Origin: Haliotis rufescens
Lineage: Eukaryota
NCBI RefSeq assembly: GCF_023055435.1
Contig: NW_025964112.1
Location: 5,084,001 to 5,148,000 of the forward strand
Reading direction: 5' to 3'
DNA length: 64,000 bases
Positions 63,070 to 64,000 of this stretch are shown one piece after another (position 1 is the first letter of the stretch; each line of letters starts with the position of its first letter). Below the pieces are notes generated by a model. That model saw only the letters and a list, made by a program, of their open reading frames with translations. It was not told where the DNA came from and ran no database searches. A program made the translations under genes and the position numbers.

Positions 63070-63372
63070 TTGGTTGCAATTGGTTGGTTTGCTGTTTAAC
63101 GCAGCACTCAGCAATATTCCAGCTATATGACGACGGTCTGTAAATTCCAGCTAAATGACGGCGGGCGGTAAATATTCGAATGTGGACACGACAATCCAGT
63201 GATTGACATCATGTGCATCGATCTAGACAATTGGGATCGATGACATGCATCAACCAAGTCAGCGAGCCTGACCACCCGATCCCGTTAGTCGCCTTTTACG
63301 ACAAGCATAGTCACCTTTTATGGCAAGCATGGGTTGCTGAAGACCTATTCTGCCCCGGAATCTTCACGGGTC
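63070..63372 (-). mobile_element. SINE-B, full length
   Basis: 11-bp TSD tagaaatgtga (63059-63069, 63373-63383); 5' end GACCCGTGAAGA. Confidence 0.92.
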
Positions 63373-64000
63373 TAGAAATGTGAATGTTTCAGAATGACCT
63401 GGTCCGAATTTGTTTTGGTAGATCCCTCCTCCCAATCACCCATGGAGTGGGGACTCAAAACAAAACTGAAGCATAATCACATGTGAAGCAGTTTCAGATG
63501 ATGCTTGGACTTGGGAGGTAATTCCACAGGTTTTAAATGGTCAGTAATAAAACCAAACACTGCAATCATAAAAAGTCCTGCATTTCAGCCACCATTAAAT
63601 GCAAATATCTCCCCACCAGTAGGATTGTTGTTTCATGAATTTATTTTTTATGTCTGGTTTTATGGCTAAAGACTCACTTCAGAGCTTTGTGAAGATGCAG
63701 ATGGAATGACACATATATATCTTGTTGTACACAATAAATAGCAGATGTGCAGTTTCAGCACAAATGATTTTTTCTGTTATATGATGGCCTAGGACGTATT
63801 GTCTGGCAGGCATACAGAGGATGAAATGGTGTACATACTTGACACTGCTTCTGCCTTTGTCAATATTTTTATTAAATCCATCATGAGACCTTTAAAGCAG
63901 TTTAACATCACATATTTTCCAACAAGATTTATTTTCATCACCTACAAATAAAATTAATTGAGTTTATCATGAATATCAAAACTTAAATTAATAAGCATAT

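Overview
AT-rich, repeat-dense animal DNA, intergenic or inside a long intron. The SINE repertoire looks molluscan; gastropod/abalone-like is my recollection, unverified. I cannot support any intact protein-coding gene, and all long ORFs in the track are artefacts of tandem repeats. Contents: (1) About 17 tandem arrays or duplications, roughly 13-14 kb by summing my coordinates, several traceable to the end of an adjacent transposon. (2) Four SINE families with related 3' tails, labelled here SINE-A (tRNA-like head plus Meta-like body), SINE-B (no tRNA head, structured 5' end), SINE-C (tRNA-Asp-like) and SINE-D (tRNA-Leu-like, long A-B box spacing); many copies have 10-13 bp TSDs. (3) Decayed coding relics: two Tc1 transposases, a Penelope-type RT, a Gypsy-type gag and an OTU protease domain. 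(4) Several MITEs, a DIRS1-like terminus and a minimal hammerhead ribozyme motif. The best novelty leads are the precisely terminated, pseudoknot-like head of SINE-B (candidate self-cleaving or structured RNA) and the repeated birth of minisatellites at transposon termini. Coordinates were read by eye and may be off by a few bases.
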